A stretch of DNA of 64,000 nucleotides from an uncultured Pseudobdellovibrionaceae bacterium (GTDB taxonomy: Bacteria > Bdellovibrionota > FAC87 > UBA2466). The stretch spans positions 1,705 to 65,704 of the forward strand of contig CAZTRP010000015.1 of the NCBI GenBank assembly GCA_964616705.1, given 5' to 3'. The position numbers and the translations under genes were made by a program. Positions 1-8,679 of the stretch are shown here, piece after piece (the first letter of the stretch is position 1; every line of letters begins with the position of its first letter). Below the pieces are notes generated by a model that was not told the origin of the DNA, did no database searches, and saw nothing but the letters and a program-made list of their open reading frames with translations.

Positions 1-461
1 ATCTCAGGATCTGGAAAAGTAAGTTGCGGATCCACTTCGTACCGGTACGTCATGAGATTTCTATCTCGAAAATCTACAATATCCGGTATCTCGGTCGTAG
101 GTCCTTCTTCGATAAAAGCGGAGCGAATTACTTTTAACAGGGCGTGAAAACATCGGACGGCGGCAAATCGAGAAGGTGGAGCTGGAGGCGGCGTTGGCAA
201 TCTCAGTTCAGAGGCAAGCGCCATTCGTGCACGCGAATACCGGTGCTTGCTATGCTCCATATCGAAAAGAGGTTGGCCCCCTGCGAAGGGATGGAATTTT
301 CCTATCTCCTGCGCAAAGAGCGCGTCATTGGCGGGTCCAGATCCTGAGCCATACCAAGCTGGTTTGGCGCCATAACTCCGCACTGCTAGCAGAGAAGCGG
401 TGACGATTAAGATTCGTAAGATAGGCACAAATACGCTCCAAAGGGTCGCGCACCCTACCAT
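1..461 (-). CDS. Partial CDS (N-terminus in window at ATG 461..459, C-terminus beyond left edge); hypothetical membrane/secreted protein
   Basis: Hand translation of the minus strand gives an open frame of more than 150 codons: MVGCATLWSVFVPILRILIVTASLLAV...IPDIVDFRDRNLMTYRYEVDPQLTFPDPE. The N-terminus is hydrophobic (signal/TM-like). There is no stop before position 1. It is absent from the ORF track because it runs off the window. Confidence 0.45.
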   Translation of the reverse strand, partial: MVGCATLWSVFVPILRILIVTASLLAVRSYGAKPAWYGSGSGPANDALFAQEIGKFHPFAGGQPLFDMEHSKHRYSRARMALASELRLPTPPPAPPSRFAAVRCFHALLKVIRSAFIEEGPTTEIPDIVDFRDRNLMTYRYEVDPQLTFPDPE

Positions 462-491
462 TTTTTGTAGGGAAGCAGCAAGTTACCCGGT

Positions 492-770
492 TTAAGCAAT
501 TGAAATTATGTGGAATATCGGATGCGCTTGAAAAGCGCCTTTAACATTTATCCTTCCAACAGGATGACTGCGAAGCGGTGGTGGAGATTCAAACATGTAA
601 TGTAGTTCGGCCTCGCGGTTTTTTAGCGCCCAGGATTTAGCGAGAATTTCTAAAGAGATCCTGGCCACGTGGCGGACGAGCCTGTTCGGTTTGTCGGCTT
701 GAAGAAGAAGTGTACCGCCATCGAAACAATGAAATCGATCAAAGAGCTGTAAGCCCTTCCCTGGGTTCAT
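492..770 (-). CDS. Hypothetical small protein (92 aa)
   Basis: ORF track. It is in the same frame as the downstream partial CDS and separated from it by two TAA stops. No recognisable motif. Confidence 0.3.
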   Translation of the reverse strand: MNPGKGLQLFDRFHCFDGGTLLLQADKPNRLVRHVARISLEILAKSWALKNREAELHYMFESPPPLRSHPVGRINVKGAFQAHPIFHIISIA

Positions 771-925
771 ATGCCAAAGCCGCGGCTCGATTGGCGCCAG
801 TTCTTGGAGTTGGATAAGCCCACGTATCTCGCGAGATGTACGAGCACTCAGAACCTTTATCTTTAAGAGGGTTGGCGATCGGCTATCTTCAATTGACTAT
901 GGCTTCCAAGGAAGAACTCAAGCGC

Positions 926-1225
926 CTAGCAATTTCCTCCGTACCAGGTTTTTACGATGATCCAGCCGGCTATTTGGTCTACCCGGCCAAGGGCGAGACC
1001 AACAAGCAAATGGCTAGGAACTGTGATGGTCCGAACCGGACACATAGGTAACAATTCAAATTCCAACGCCAGATCCACAAACGCTGCGCATTCGAATACC
1101 GACCCTTTAGACACCCGAGCAAAGTTAACTTTGTCCTTAATACTTGTCCGCGAAGACCCTTCCGCAATATTCAAAACGATAGACTGACTGGCGCGCTTAA
1201 ACGGATCCCGACCGTTGATAGCCAC
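926..1225 (-). pseudogene. N-terminally truncated remnant of a four-helix-bundle protein (TIGR02436-like, 'NIAEG' family)
   Basis: The FKRASQSIVLNIAEG...VFECAAFVDLA motif matches the central and C-terminal helices of the family. It is GTG-initiated, and about 45 N-terminal residues expected for the family are missing. The upstream space is occupied by the start of the protease gene. Confidence 0.4.
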
Positions 1226-1273
1226 CCCAAAAAAGGACTATGTATCTTTTAAGTTACATAATATGTAACGCAG

Positions 1274-2239
1274 ATGTCGTTATCCCTACCGAAAGCACAA
1301 GTATCGCCTGTGGTTCGTAATATCGCATTTTTATTAGTCGGATTGCTGCTCTTCCCCCAAAGCGCCATCGCTAGCTCGGGGAGGGGGCTCATCAAGGCGT
1401 ATGACTTTCTTTTCTCGAACGAGCCCAGAAGGGAGCGGGAGCTTATTCGCAGAATAATTCCCTCTGTTATTCCTCTAGAATCGCAGAGGGCCTCCGCGTT
1501 TTTGGTGAGGTTCTCGGACAAGGCGGATACTTTGGCCCTGGTATCCGCGGCGCACTCGCTGGCAAGCGAAATGGATCATAGCGCCAACGACCGAAGTCGA
1601 AAACTAGGGGTGTCATTCGATCCTTTAGTAGATAGCTCGCCCGCCGTGACCTTCCCCTTTAATGGCCTTACGGAATATCTAACGGTCAATTTGGCCCCGG
1701 GAGACGGGGTCGCGCAAATATTGTTCGTTCCCAAACAGAGTCGGAAGAGACTCTTAGATCGCACGATGGATCCCAATGAGGACTATTCGATTAGCCAAGT
1801 AGTGAAGTGGACTGAGGGACAGCTCTCCATTCCAAATCCGTTGGAAATAGCATCGCGACCACCAGAAAAGGGGGAGCCCGTCTTTCTTTTAGGTTTTCCG
1901 GGAGTGAGTCGCGAACCACGTAAATTGGCCGTGAGTCGGGGAAAAATTCTTTCCCGTGAGGAAGCAATTGAAGCGATACAGTATGTGGGTGGTAAAGCCC
2001 CATCGGAGGGTTCTCACTTGCTTTACACCAACGCGCTTGCGATCAAGGGGATGAGTGGCGGAGTTGCGGTGAATCGAGACGGTAAAGTTGTGGGAATCAT
2101 CCAGGGGGGATACTTTTCACCAAACTTATCAATCGTTGACGCGCTAAACAGAAAAGAGATCACTACCCAACTGATTTCCATTCATGCAGTCCTAAAGCGT
2201 CTCTCAGGGCTTTCCTGTTCTACGATGCTCATGCCATGA
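1274..2239 (+). CDS. Secreted trypsin-like serine protease (S1 family)
   Basis: N-terminal signal peptide. GMSGG(V) active-site serine motif near the C-terminus (KGMSGGVAVNRDGKVVGIIQGG). Confidence 0.8.
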   Translation: MSLSLPKAQVSPVVRNIAFLLVGLLLFPQSAIASSGRGLIKAYDFLFSNEPRRERELIRRIIPSVIPLESQRASAFLVRFSDKADTLALVSAAHSLASEMDHSANDRSRKLGVSFDPLVDSSPAVTFPFNGLTEYLTVNLAPGDGVAQILFVPKQSRKRLLDRTMDPNEDYSISQVVKWTEGQLSIPNPLEIASRPPEKGEPVFLLGFPGVSREPRKLAVSRGKILSREEAIEAIQYVGGKAPSEGSHLLYTNALAIKGMSGGVAVNRDGKVVGIIQGGYFSPNLSIVDALNRKEITTQLISIHAVLKRLSGLSCSTMLMP

Positions 2240-2288
2240 AGGGCATCACCTCTTAACTAAATTTGCCGGCTCAAGCGATACTTCATAG

Positions 2289-2558
2289 CTACAAGCTGTA
2301 CCAAAACTCACCCGCAGCTTCCTTGTCCGCCTTGAGTCGGGTTTCAACCATCCTGAGAATGGCATTGCATTCCTCATTTGATGGTTTCATAAAATATACT
2401 TTCATTTTTTCGTGTAGCGCCTGAACTTCAGTTTCGGGCAATCCGCCTCGCCGAAACATTTCCAGAGTGGCAAACGCAACCGCCCCCATCGCCCCTTCTA
2501 ATTCAGCCGATTCGCTTAGCAGCTGGATGTAAAGGTCGACATTTTTCTCAGTTTCCAT
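2289..2558 (-). CDS. Hypothetical small protein (89 aa)
   Basis: ORF track, clean intergenic placement. No recognisable motif. Confidence 0.4.
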   Translation of the reverse strand: METEKNVDLYIQLLSESAELEGAMGAVAFATLEMFRRGGLPETEVQALHEKMKVYFMKPSNEECNAILRMVETRLKADKEAAGEFWYSL

Positions 2559-2708
2559 GTGCTATTCTCCATTTTTACTTCCTACCGTGAGGTTGTGGAA
2601 ATGCCGATAAATAACGTCAAGGCACGTCCTGCGACGCAATTCATTCGACGACAGGAGTCTTGTCGATTCTAAAAATCCATGGCGCCACAGAAAACGCGCA
2701 CAAAGCCC

Positions 2709-3059
2709 TTAAAACGATCGACCATCAACCTGCTTAATATCTAGCGCCTTCAGGTCAAGTCCTTCAACACAGCGAAGATTAATCGCCTTCGTGCTCTGCC
2801 CACTTCGAGTTTGACCCGTCAAGAAGGGCGTCACTCCGCAATGCCTACAGAATGTGTGATGAATTACCTTCTTATAAAACTGATAATTGGACAGTGCACT
2901 TTCCCCCGAAACCAATTTGAATTGGTCAGGCGAAAAAAACCCCAGGATCGTTCCCTTTTTAGAACACATTGAGCAATTGCACTCGATACCGGATGTTATC
3001 TCAGCGTGTACTTCGAATTGAACCGCTCCGCAATGACAGGCGCCTTTGTAGATTTTCAT
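2709..3059 (-). CDS. GFA-family (glutathione-dependent formaldehyde-activating / CENP-V-like) zinc protein
   Basis: CHCG...CNCSMC...CRHCG cysteine pattern and length (116 aa) typical of the GFA domain. Confidence 0.7.
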   Translation of the reverse strand: MKIYKGACHCGAVQFEVHAEITSGIECNCSMCSKKGTILGFFSPDQFKLVSGESALSNYQFYKKVIHHTFCRHCGVTPFLTGQTRSGQSTKAINLRCVEGLDLKALDIKQVDGRSF

Positions 3060-3161
3060 ATGTGGTATCCTCTAAACTAAAGCATCATCCCCGAAATGGA
3101 CAGCCACTTTTTCTAAAATACTTACTTTGAAAGGGCGAGAAAGCACAAACCAAGGATACAC

Positions 3162-3623
3162 ATGACCCTCACAACCCAAAGAAAAAACCAAGATCTGACT
3201 ATTTCAATTACTGTGAGCAAAACACCCTCTGAAGCTTACCAAGCCATTAAGAACGTCAAAGCCTGGTGGATGGGCGAAGTAAAAGGCAATGCGGATACGG
3301 TTGGTTCAAGGTTTACGTATCGGTACAAAGATTTTCACAGGAGTAGTCAAAAAGTGACTGAACTCATTCCAGACAAGAAAATTACTTGGCATGTGGAGGA
3401 AGCAATCTTGAGCTTCGCTAAGAACACAAAAGAGTGGGTAGGAACGGATATCGTTTTCGAAATCGCGACCAATGGCGAAAATACTGAGATTCGGTTTACT
3501 CATTACGGCCTTACTCCCGAAGCAGAATGCTTTGAAGCGTGTTCTGGCGGCTGGGAATTCTACATCACCAAAAGCCTCAAGAACCTTTTGATGAAGGGCA
3601 AAGGTCTCGATCCAGGATTTTAG
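3162..3623 (+). CDS. SRPBCC-superfamily protein (AHSA1/polyketide-cyclase-like)
   Basis: 153 aa. Sequence pattern (WW..., TYRYKDF..., beta-rich) resembles the Aha1/SRPBCC fold. Confidence 0.6.
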   Translation: MTLTTQRKNQDLTISITVSKTPSEAYQAIKNVKAWWMGEVKGNADTVGSRFTYRYKDFHRSSQKVTELIPDKKITWHVEEAILSFAKNTKEWVGTDIVFEIATNGENTEIRFTHYGLTPEAECFEACSGGWEFYITKSLKNLLMKGKGLDPGF

Positions 3624-3732
3624 CGCAAGCCTATGTTGGCGACATTATTTCGCTAACAATTCGGCGTAGACAATGCATCCCACTGAAAACCTGTTACCAA
3701 TATAACGATAGCTTGCTACCATTTATTCCAAT

Positions 3733-4182
3733 ATGGTCGACACTTTACATCCGTCAAAACTCTTCGAACTGGCGAACTTCGTGGCAATGACCTCCTGGAT
3801 CTTGCTTATTTTCTTTCCAGGAAAGCGGGTCACGAAAGCTCTGGTCCGGTCGGGTCTATCACCCCTGCTGCTAGCGGCGGGGTATTGGGCCTCGATGATC
3901 GCTATGATCATTTTTGGCATTCCCGACGGCGCGGGATTTGGCAGCTTTGAGGGAGTGCGTCGATTCTTTACAAGCGAATGGGGCCTTCTGGCCGGCTGGA
4001 TTCATTACCTGTCGTTTGATCTTCTGATTGGCATTTCAGTTCAACAAAGAATAGAGGCAAAGCCCTTCGCCATCCGATTTCTGTGCCTGTTCTTAATTTT
4101 TATGTTTGGCCCGATCGGCTGGAGCCTATCAAAACTGTTTAACCTTAAAAAAGAAGGGAATGCAGATGCTCCAATTATTTAG
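3733..4182 (+). CDS. ABA4-like / DUF4281 membrane protein
   Basis: Four-TM small protein with the LANFVAMTSWILLIFFPG N-terminal motif typical of the DUF4281 family. Confidence 0.55.
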   Translation: MVDTLHPSKLFELANFVAMTSWILLIFFPGKRVTKALVRSGLSPLLLAAGYWASMIAMIIFGIPDGAGFGSFEGVRRFFTSEWGLLAGWIHYLSFDLLIGISVQQRIEAKPFAIRFLCLFLIFMFGPIGWSLSKLFNLKKEGNADAPII

Positions 4183-4972
4183 ACGCGCCGATGGTTTAAC
4201 GTTTTATGCAGGATTCAGTTTACTAGCACTGTCTGCACTCACTCTAGTGGGCGTATTCACCGATTTACGGCTAGTTGCCGGACAAAATATATGGATAAAG
4301 CCATTTAAATTTAGCGTTTCAGTCGCTGTTTTTTTGTTAACTGTCGGTTGGATTATTCAGTACCTACCAAAACGAATTAAATCTAAATTTTCAGTGGCGT
4401 TTGTCTCCATGATGGCGGTGGAAATAGTGACAATCTACATTCAGGCACTCAGAGGGCGGCCATCCCATCACAATTTCTCCACCCCACTTGATGGTTTCTT
4501 GTACGCATCAATGGGTCTCGCCATTGGCATTAACACGATACTGCTTTTAGTACTTTTATTTCAGATAACTAAGAACACCCACAAACTTCCTCTTACCTAC
4601 CTGAGATCGATCCAATACGGGATCTTTCTATCAATAATAGGCAGTTTGATTGGCGTTATTATGTCTGCACACAAGGCACACACGTTCGGTGGAGTCGATG
4701 GCGGACAAGGAATTCCGTTTTTTAATTGGAGTACGCTTTGGGGGGATTTGAGATTTGCGCATTTTATCGGACTTCATGGCCTGCAGATATTAGTCGGCCT
4801 TGGATTTTTACTTAGTTTTACTTTTAGGGAGAAAATCAGCGATTCGCTAAGCCGCCTCGCCGTTACCTTCGTATTCCTACTTTTGTTTGCATTCACGGTC
4901 TCGGCGACAGTTACGGCCATTCGAGGCTTACCGTTTTTTTATCCGCTTGAGCTTCAAAGTCTGCAAAATTAG
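4160..4972 (+). CDS. Polytopic membrane protein, unknown function
   Basis: ORF track protein with about 8 hydrophobic segments. I placed the start at the ATG-CAG-ATG pair at 4160/4166, giving a 23-bp overlap with the upstream gene. Confidence 0.55.
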   Translation: MQMLQLFRRADGLTFYAGFSLLALSALTLVGVFTDLRLVAGQNIWIKPFKFSVSVAVFLLTVGWIIQYLPKRIKSKFSVAFVSMMAVEIVTIYIQALRGRPSHHNFSTPLDGFLYASMGLAIGINTILLLVLLFQITKNTHKLPLTYLRSIQYGIFLSIIGSLIGVIMSAHKAHTFGGVDGGQGIPFFNWSTLWGDLRFAHFIGLHGLQILVGLGFLLSFTFREKISDSLSRLAVTFVFLLLFAFTVSATVTAIRGLPFFYPLELQSLQN

Positions 4973-5084
4973 TAAATGGAGAAAATATGAGCAGACTGCG
5001 CGCTGAAAACATTTCAATGTCTCTGGATGGGATTGGAAGGGATGGTGGACTTTTATGTTTTTCGGAAGGAGATTTTGCGAGCCT

Positions 5085-5561
5085 ATGCCAAAAGCGATTA
5101 TCTGCCTAATGTTAGACAAAGGCGCCGAGCAGGCAGCCCAATTCTATGCTTCGACTTTTCCCAATAGCTCAGTCGGAAAGGTTTATCGAGCACCCAGCGA
5201 CTACCCCTCAGGAAAGGCTGGTGATGTCCTCACTGTGGAATTCACCGTTTTAGGTATCCCGTGTATCGGAGTGAATGGGGGTACCTACTTCAAACATAGC
5301 GAGGCTTTTTCCTTCCAAGTTGCAACTCGGGATCAGCAAGAAACGGATACCTATTGGAATGCCATCGTAAATAATGGTGGTGAGGAAAGTATGTGCGGAT
5401 GGTGCAAAGACCGCTGGGGAGTTTCATGGCAAATCACGCCGCAGACCCTCACGGAAGCTTTAGCAAGAGGAGGAGATGAAGCAAAACGAGCTTTCGACGC
5501 GATGATGAAAATGAAAAAGATCGATGTGGCAACAATCGATGCAGCCCGCCGGGGAGAATAG
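5085..5561 (+). CDS. VOC-family protein (PhnB / 3-demethylubiquinone-9 3-methyltransferase-like domain)
   Basis: MPKAIICLMLD...AQFYASTFPNS...VEFTVLGIPCIGVNGG...MCGWCKDRWGVSWQI is the characteristic PhnB-like VOC signature. Start moved to the ATG at 5085. Confidence 0.75.
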   Translation: MPKAIICLMLDKGAEQAAQFYASTFPNSSVGKVYRAPSDYPSGKAGDVLTVEFTVLGIPCIGVNGGTYFKHSEAFSFQVATRDQQETDTYWNAIVNNGGEESMCGWCKDRWGVSWQITPQTLTEALARGGDEAKRAFDAMMKMKKIDVATIDAARRGE

Positions 5562-5606
5562 AAGCGAGCCGTTCTCAAAATGTAATCTGCGTTAAGTTTC
5601 GATTCG

Positions 5607-6779
5607 TTATTGCAGAATCTTTTCCTTCAGAAAGCGATGAATCAAAGTAAGTGCGTAGGCAGGACTATAATACCCAACGGCCTTGCCCTGCCCGTCAAAC
5701 TGGGTCCACGGGGTAAGTACATCGTGTCGGGCTCCGGGAATAATATGTAACTCAACGTGAGGCATGCGGATCGCGAGTTCTTTGAGCCACGTAACCGTTT
5801 TTGGTGGTACTTCGGGATCATTTTCTCCAAGCAAGATCAAGGTTGGTTTCCCAAAGAAAGGGTCGGAAGCATCTGCCCAGGTCATTTCATTAACCAGGCC
5901 CGATGCCCAATGAAAAGCGTCCCAGTTGGCTAAAAATGCCCTTCCAGCGAGCAGCTGAAAACGAGCTTCACTCTCTGGACCACCCCCAGCAACCCCGGGG
6001 ATCACGGGACCAATCATAATGATTCCGTCAGCCAGATCTGGATATCTTGAATTCACTTCCCCAAGAAACGCACAACCTGCGCTCTGACAAAGGGGGACTT
6101 GTTTGGATTGAGTGGGTCTTGTTTCTACTAGGTACCTTGATAAGGTCGCCGCCGTCGCAGGAAGCGTGCCCCATAAACCATGGTTCCCGGTGCTTTTTAC
6201 ATGGCCATAAAAATTTCCAGACATTGGCCAGTCAAACGCATCACATGCTACGGTCGCAGGCTTCAACTTCTGCTTTTTGAGAAGTGCTCGCGCTTGCTGA
6301 AAGCCACTTTCGGCAGGATTGGATAAAATCGGGAACCAACGCGTTCCCGTTCCCGCGTGGCTCGTTTCCAAGCTACCGATTCCGCCGATTATCGGCATGT
6401 GAATTTCCGCACGTTCTCGGGATTCAGAATCCGACAAGTAACGAACGGTATTGGCCCAAGGAAGATACTGGGCCAATACATCCCGAAGGACCTTGCCTCT
6501 ATAGGACGTTTGATAAATTTCTTCCGAGGACACTTCTCCAAATGCAAACGCAACGACCGTTTCAGCACAGGATTCTGTTCCAGGACCGGAGCCGTCGGAA
6601 GGAGCCTTGAGCAGTTCGATCCGGCCGCGACTCTCTCGGTGCTTAGTTGCTTCCGATTGGTACCAGGCTTCGAGGAAGGCGCCGTCGTTGTCGCTGCCTT
6701 TGCCCGAAGAGCAAACAAAGGCACAAACGACATACGATAAAAAAACGAGTTTTTCCCACCGGCCTATCATAGGAGGCAC
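5607..6779 (-). CDS. Alpha/beta-hydrolase-fold lipoprotein (esterase/depolymerase-like)
   Basis: Lipoprotein-like N-terminus (…VCSSGKG). C-terminal LILLGENDPEVP...HIIPGARHDV resembles the acid/His end of alpha/beta hydrolases. Confidence 0.55.
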   Translation of the reverse strand: MPPMIGRWEKLVFLSYVVCAFVCSSGKGSDNDGAFLEAWYQSEATKHRESRGRIELLKAPSDGSGPGTESCAETVVAFAFGEVSSEEIYQTSYRGKVLRDVLAQYLPWANTVRYLSDSESRERAEIHMPIIGGIGSLETSHAGTGTRWFPILSNPAESGFQQARALLKKQKLKPATVACDAFDWPMSGNFYGHVKSTGNHGLWGTLPATAATLSRYLVETRPTQSKQVPLCQSAGCAFLGEVNSRYPDLADGIIMIGPVIPGVAGGGPESEARFQLLAGRAFLANWDAFHWASGLVNEMTWADASDPFFGKPTLILLGENDPEVPPKTVTWLKELAIRMPHVELHIIPGARHDVLTPWTQFDGQGKAVGYYSPAYALTLIHRFLKEKILQ

Positions 6780-6932
6780 GCAAGCTAGCAGAATCCGGGG
6801 GAAATTGCACTACCACAATCCCGACGGTACTGGATTGGGACTTATCAACATGCAGTAACCGAAAATGTCCAAACTAACCTAGTTTCATGCCCCTACAGTG
6901 GGTACCCATGGTGACAATTCTTGCGCCTAGAT

Positions 6933-6940
6933 CCCCCCCC
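6933..6940. repeat. Poly-C homopolymer (C8) in the intergenic region about 45 bp upstream of the 6985 start codon
   Basis: Read directly: ...ctagatCCCCCCCCtccagatct..., flanked by a short inverted repeat (AGATC/GATCT). Confidence 0.9.
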
Positions 6941-6984
6941 TCCAGATCTGCTATAAGTGCGTCCGCTGAGAAATTGGAGGCCAA

Positions 6985-7494
6985 ATGTTGAATTCTTATT
7001 CCGTTCGCGTTTTTTTCGCACTGATACTACTGACCCAAAATGCATGGGCGGACTATCCGAATTATGAATTTACTGCTGGTGATGAACGCACCACTTTTCT
7101 TGCGGTCTCCTCGGATACGTCAGCGAAGACAGCAAGCCGAATGGCAGCACAGCTTGAATCGTTTCACATTACTAAAGACAAATCTTTTATTGTTTTAGCC
7201 GCTGGCGTTATAAGCCTTCAAAGAGTCTCTGACGGCATGAAAGGCGGAAGAGACCATGGCCTTCGCACATTGCAGCTATACCTGAACAACACGCCAAAAA
7301 ACGCAAGTCTCGCGCGATTGCTGGTGGCCGCAAGATGCAATATCACTTCGTACCACTCAAAGGACAATTCCCTTCTCTACAGTAATACGGAGAAAGAATA
7401 TTCGCATGCTTACCATATAGACAAAGTGATGGTCATTAATGATGGCGATGAGGGCACCGTAGAGCAAGCTGAATACGAAGTTCGTTTCGAATAG
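6985..7494 (+). CDS. Secreted hypothetical protein (169 aa)
   Basis: Signal peptide MLNSYSVRVFFALILLTQNAWA. No recognisable domain. Confidence 0.5.
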   Translation: MLNSYSVRVFFALILLTQNAWADYPNYEFTAGDERTTFLAVSSDTSAKTASRMAAQLESFHITKDKSFIVLAAGVISLQRVSDGMKGGRDHGLRTLQLYLNNTPKNASLARLLVAARCNITSYHSKDNSLLYSNTEKEYSHAYHIDKVMVINDGDEGTVEQAEYEVRFE

Positions 7495-7500
7495 TCCGGT

Positions 7501-8670
7501 ATGTTTTTAAGAACCCTACTTTGTGGGTTTTTCCTCGTCGCGCTACCAGCCAGATCAGCATGGGATGACGAAGCCGCCGACGAACCCACTTGGTACCAAA
7601 GGCTCAGCGCCCAAGAGAAGAACCCGGTCGACCCAACAGACCCAGTGTACGAACACTACACGACGCTCTCCAATTGCACGCCCTACGCTCAGGCCGATAT
7701 GATATTCGACTTGTTGAAACGCAAGTATCCTGCGTCCAAGTTTACCTTGTTCAACGCCGGGAATATGTACTACGGACTGTCATTCATCTTCATGTTTGAG
7801 TCCGAGGGCACCGAGCTTGTGGCTAAAGTGCGTAAATTTCACTCCAGCCATTACCTAGACGATTACTACTTCTGCAAGTCAAGGTGCGGGAAATTTCCTC
7901 GTTACGATAACAACCGACGAACACTTCTCCTGTATGAGAGAGAAGCTACATTTCTAGAGCGAGCGCAGAACGAGCTAAAGAAACATAGAAACAACCTGCC
8001 TAAGCTAAAAGCCGTTCACTGGATGAATTTGGAAGCTCGCGATCCCGAGCCTATTCTTATTATCACTAAAGCCAGCGAAGGGAATTTGCGCCAAACTCGA
8101 AATAAGTTTTTTGGGCCGAATGTACCTACCACGAAGTTATTGAAAGCCTGGACTCAGTTAACTGGTACTTTGGCTGAAATTGAAACCGTCATGCAGATCA
8201 ACCACATCGATCTAAAGACGCAAAATATCTTCGTGCACAGAGAAGCGAACGGAGAACTCACACTCCAACCCGGAGATTGGGGCGCTTACTCCGTCCCCGG
8301 TCAAGAGCTGCTTCTTTTTCATACTCCTGATTGGGCGTCCCGGGAGTCCCTAACGGGCAACTTAAGCCCTAAGAAGGATTCCGTCAGAGCGCTGCAACTC
8401 ATTCTACTGGAAATGGCAACCGGAGAAACTGTGGAGAAGATGAGAAGCGGCGCGTTTGGCACCGAGTGTTTGAAACAGCTCCAGTTGGTGTACTCTGATA
8501 ATACCTTTGGTTTTTGGTACCTTGAGAATATTCCTGCGCCATTAAGGGACAAGCTCGATCCAACCCTGCTGCCATTGATTGAAGGCAGTTACCCCGACGT
8601 TCTTTCTTTGCATGAAGCAGGAAAGAAAACGCTCACGCGGACCCTCAGACGGGAAAAACGAAATCCCTAG
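7501..8670 (+). CDS. Secreted eukaryotic-like protein-kinase-fold protein
   Basis: Signal peptide MFLRTLLCGFFLVALPARSAW. Kinase subdomain motifs appear in order: LVAKVRK (beta3 Lys), INHIDLKTQNIFV (HRDLKxxN catalytic loop), GDWG (DFG-like), TPDWASRE (APE-like), LQLILLEMATGE (subdomain IX/X). Confidence 0.65.
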   Translation: MFLRTLLCGFFLVALPARSAWDDEAADEPTWYQRLSAQEKNPVDPTDPVYEHYTTLSNCTPYAQADMIFDLLKRKYPASKFTLFNAGNMYYGLSFIFMFESEGTELVAKVRKFHSSHYLDDYYFCKSRCGKFPRYDNNRRTLLLYEREATFLERAQNELKKHRNNLPKLKAVHWMNLEARDPEPILIITKASEGNLRQTRNKFFGPNVPTTKLLKAWTQLTGTLAEIETVMQINHIDLKTQNIFVHREANGELTLQPGDWGAYSVPGQELLLFHTPDWASRESLTGNLSPKKDSVRALQLILLEMATGETVEKMRSGAFGTECLKQLQLVYSDNTFGFWYLENIPAPLRDKLDPTLLPLIEGSYPDVLSLHEAGKKTLTRTLRREKRNP

Positions 8671-8679
8671 TTCACTGAA

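Noticed and set aside
144-403. Plus-strand ORFs 144..347 and 176..403 from the ORF track
   Set aside because: They lie entirely within a longer, protein-like minus-strand frame that stays open to the window edge, and carry no motifs. Probably shadow ORFs.
1249-1521. Minus-strand 90-aa ORF overlapping the start of the serine protease gene
   Set aside because: Antisense to a well-supported CDS with a signal peptide. No motif.
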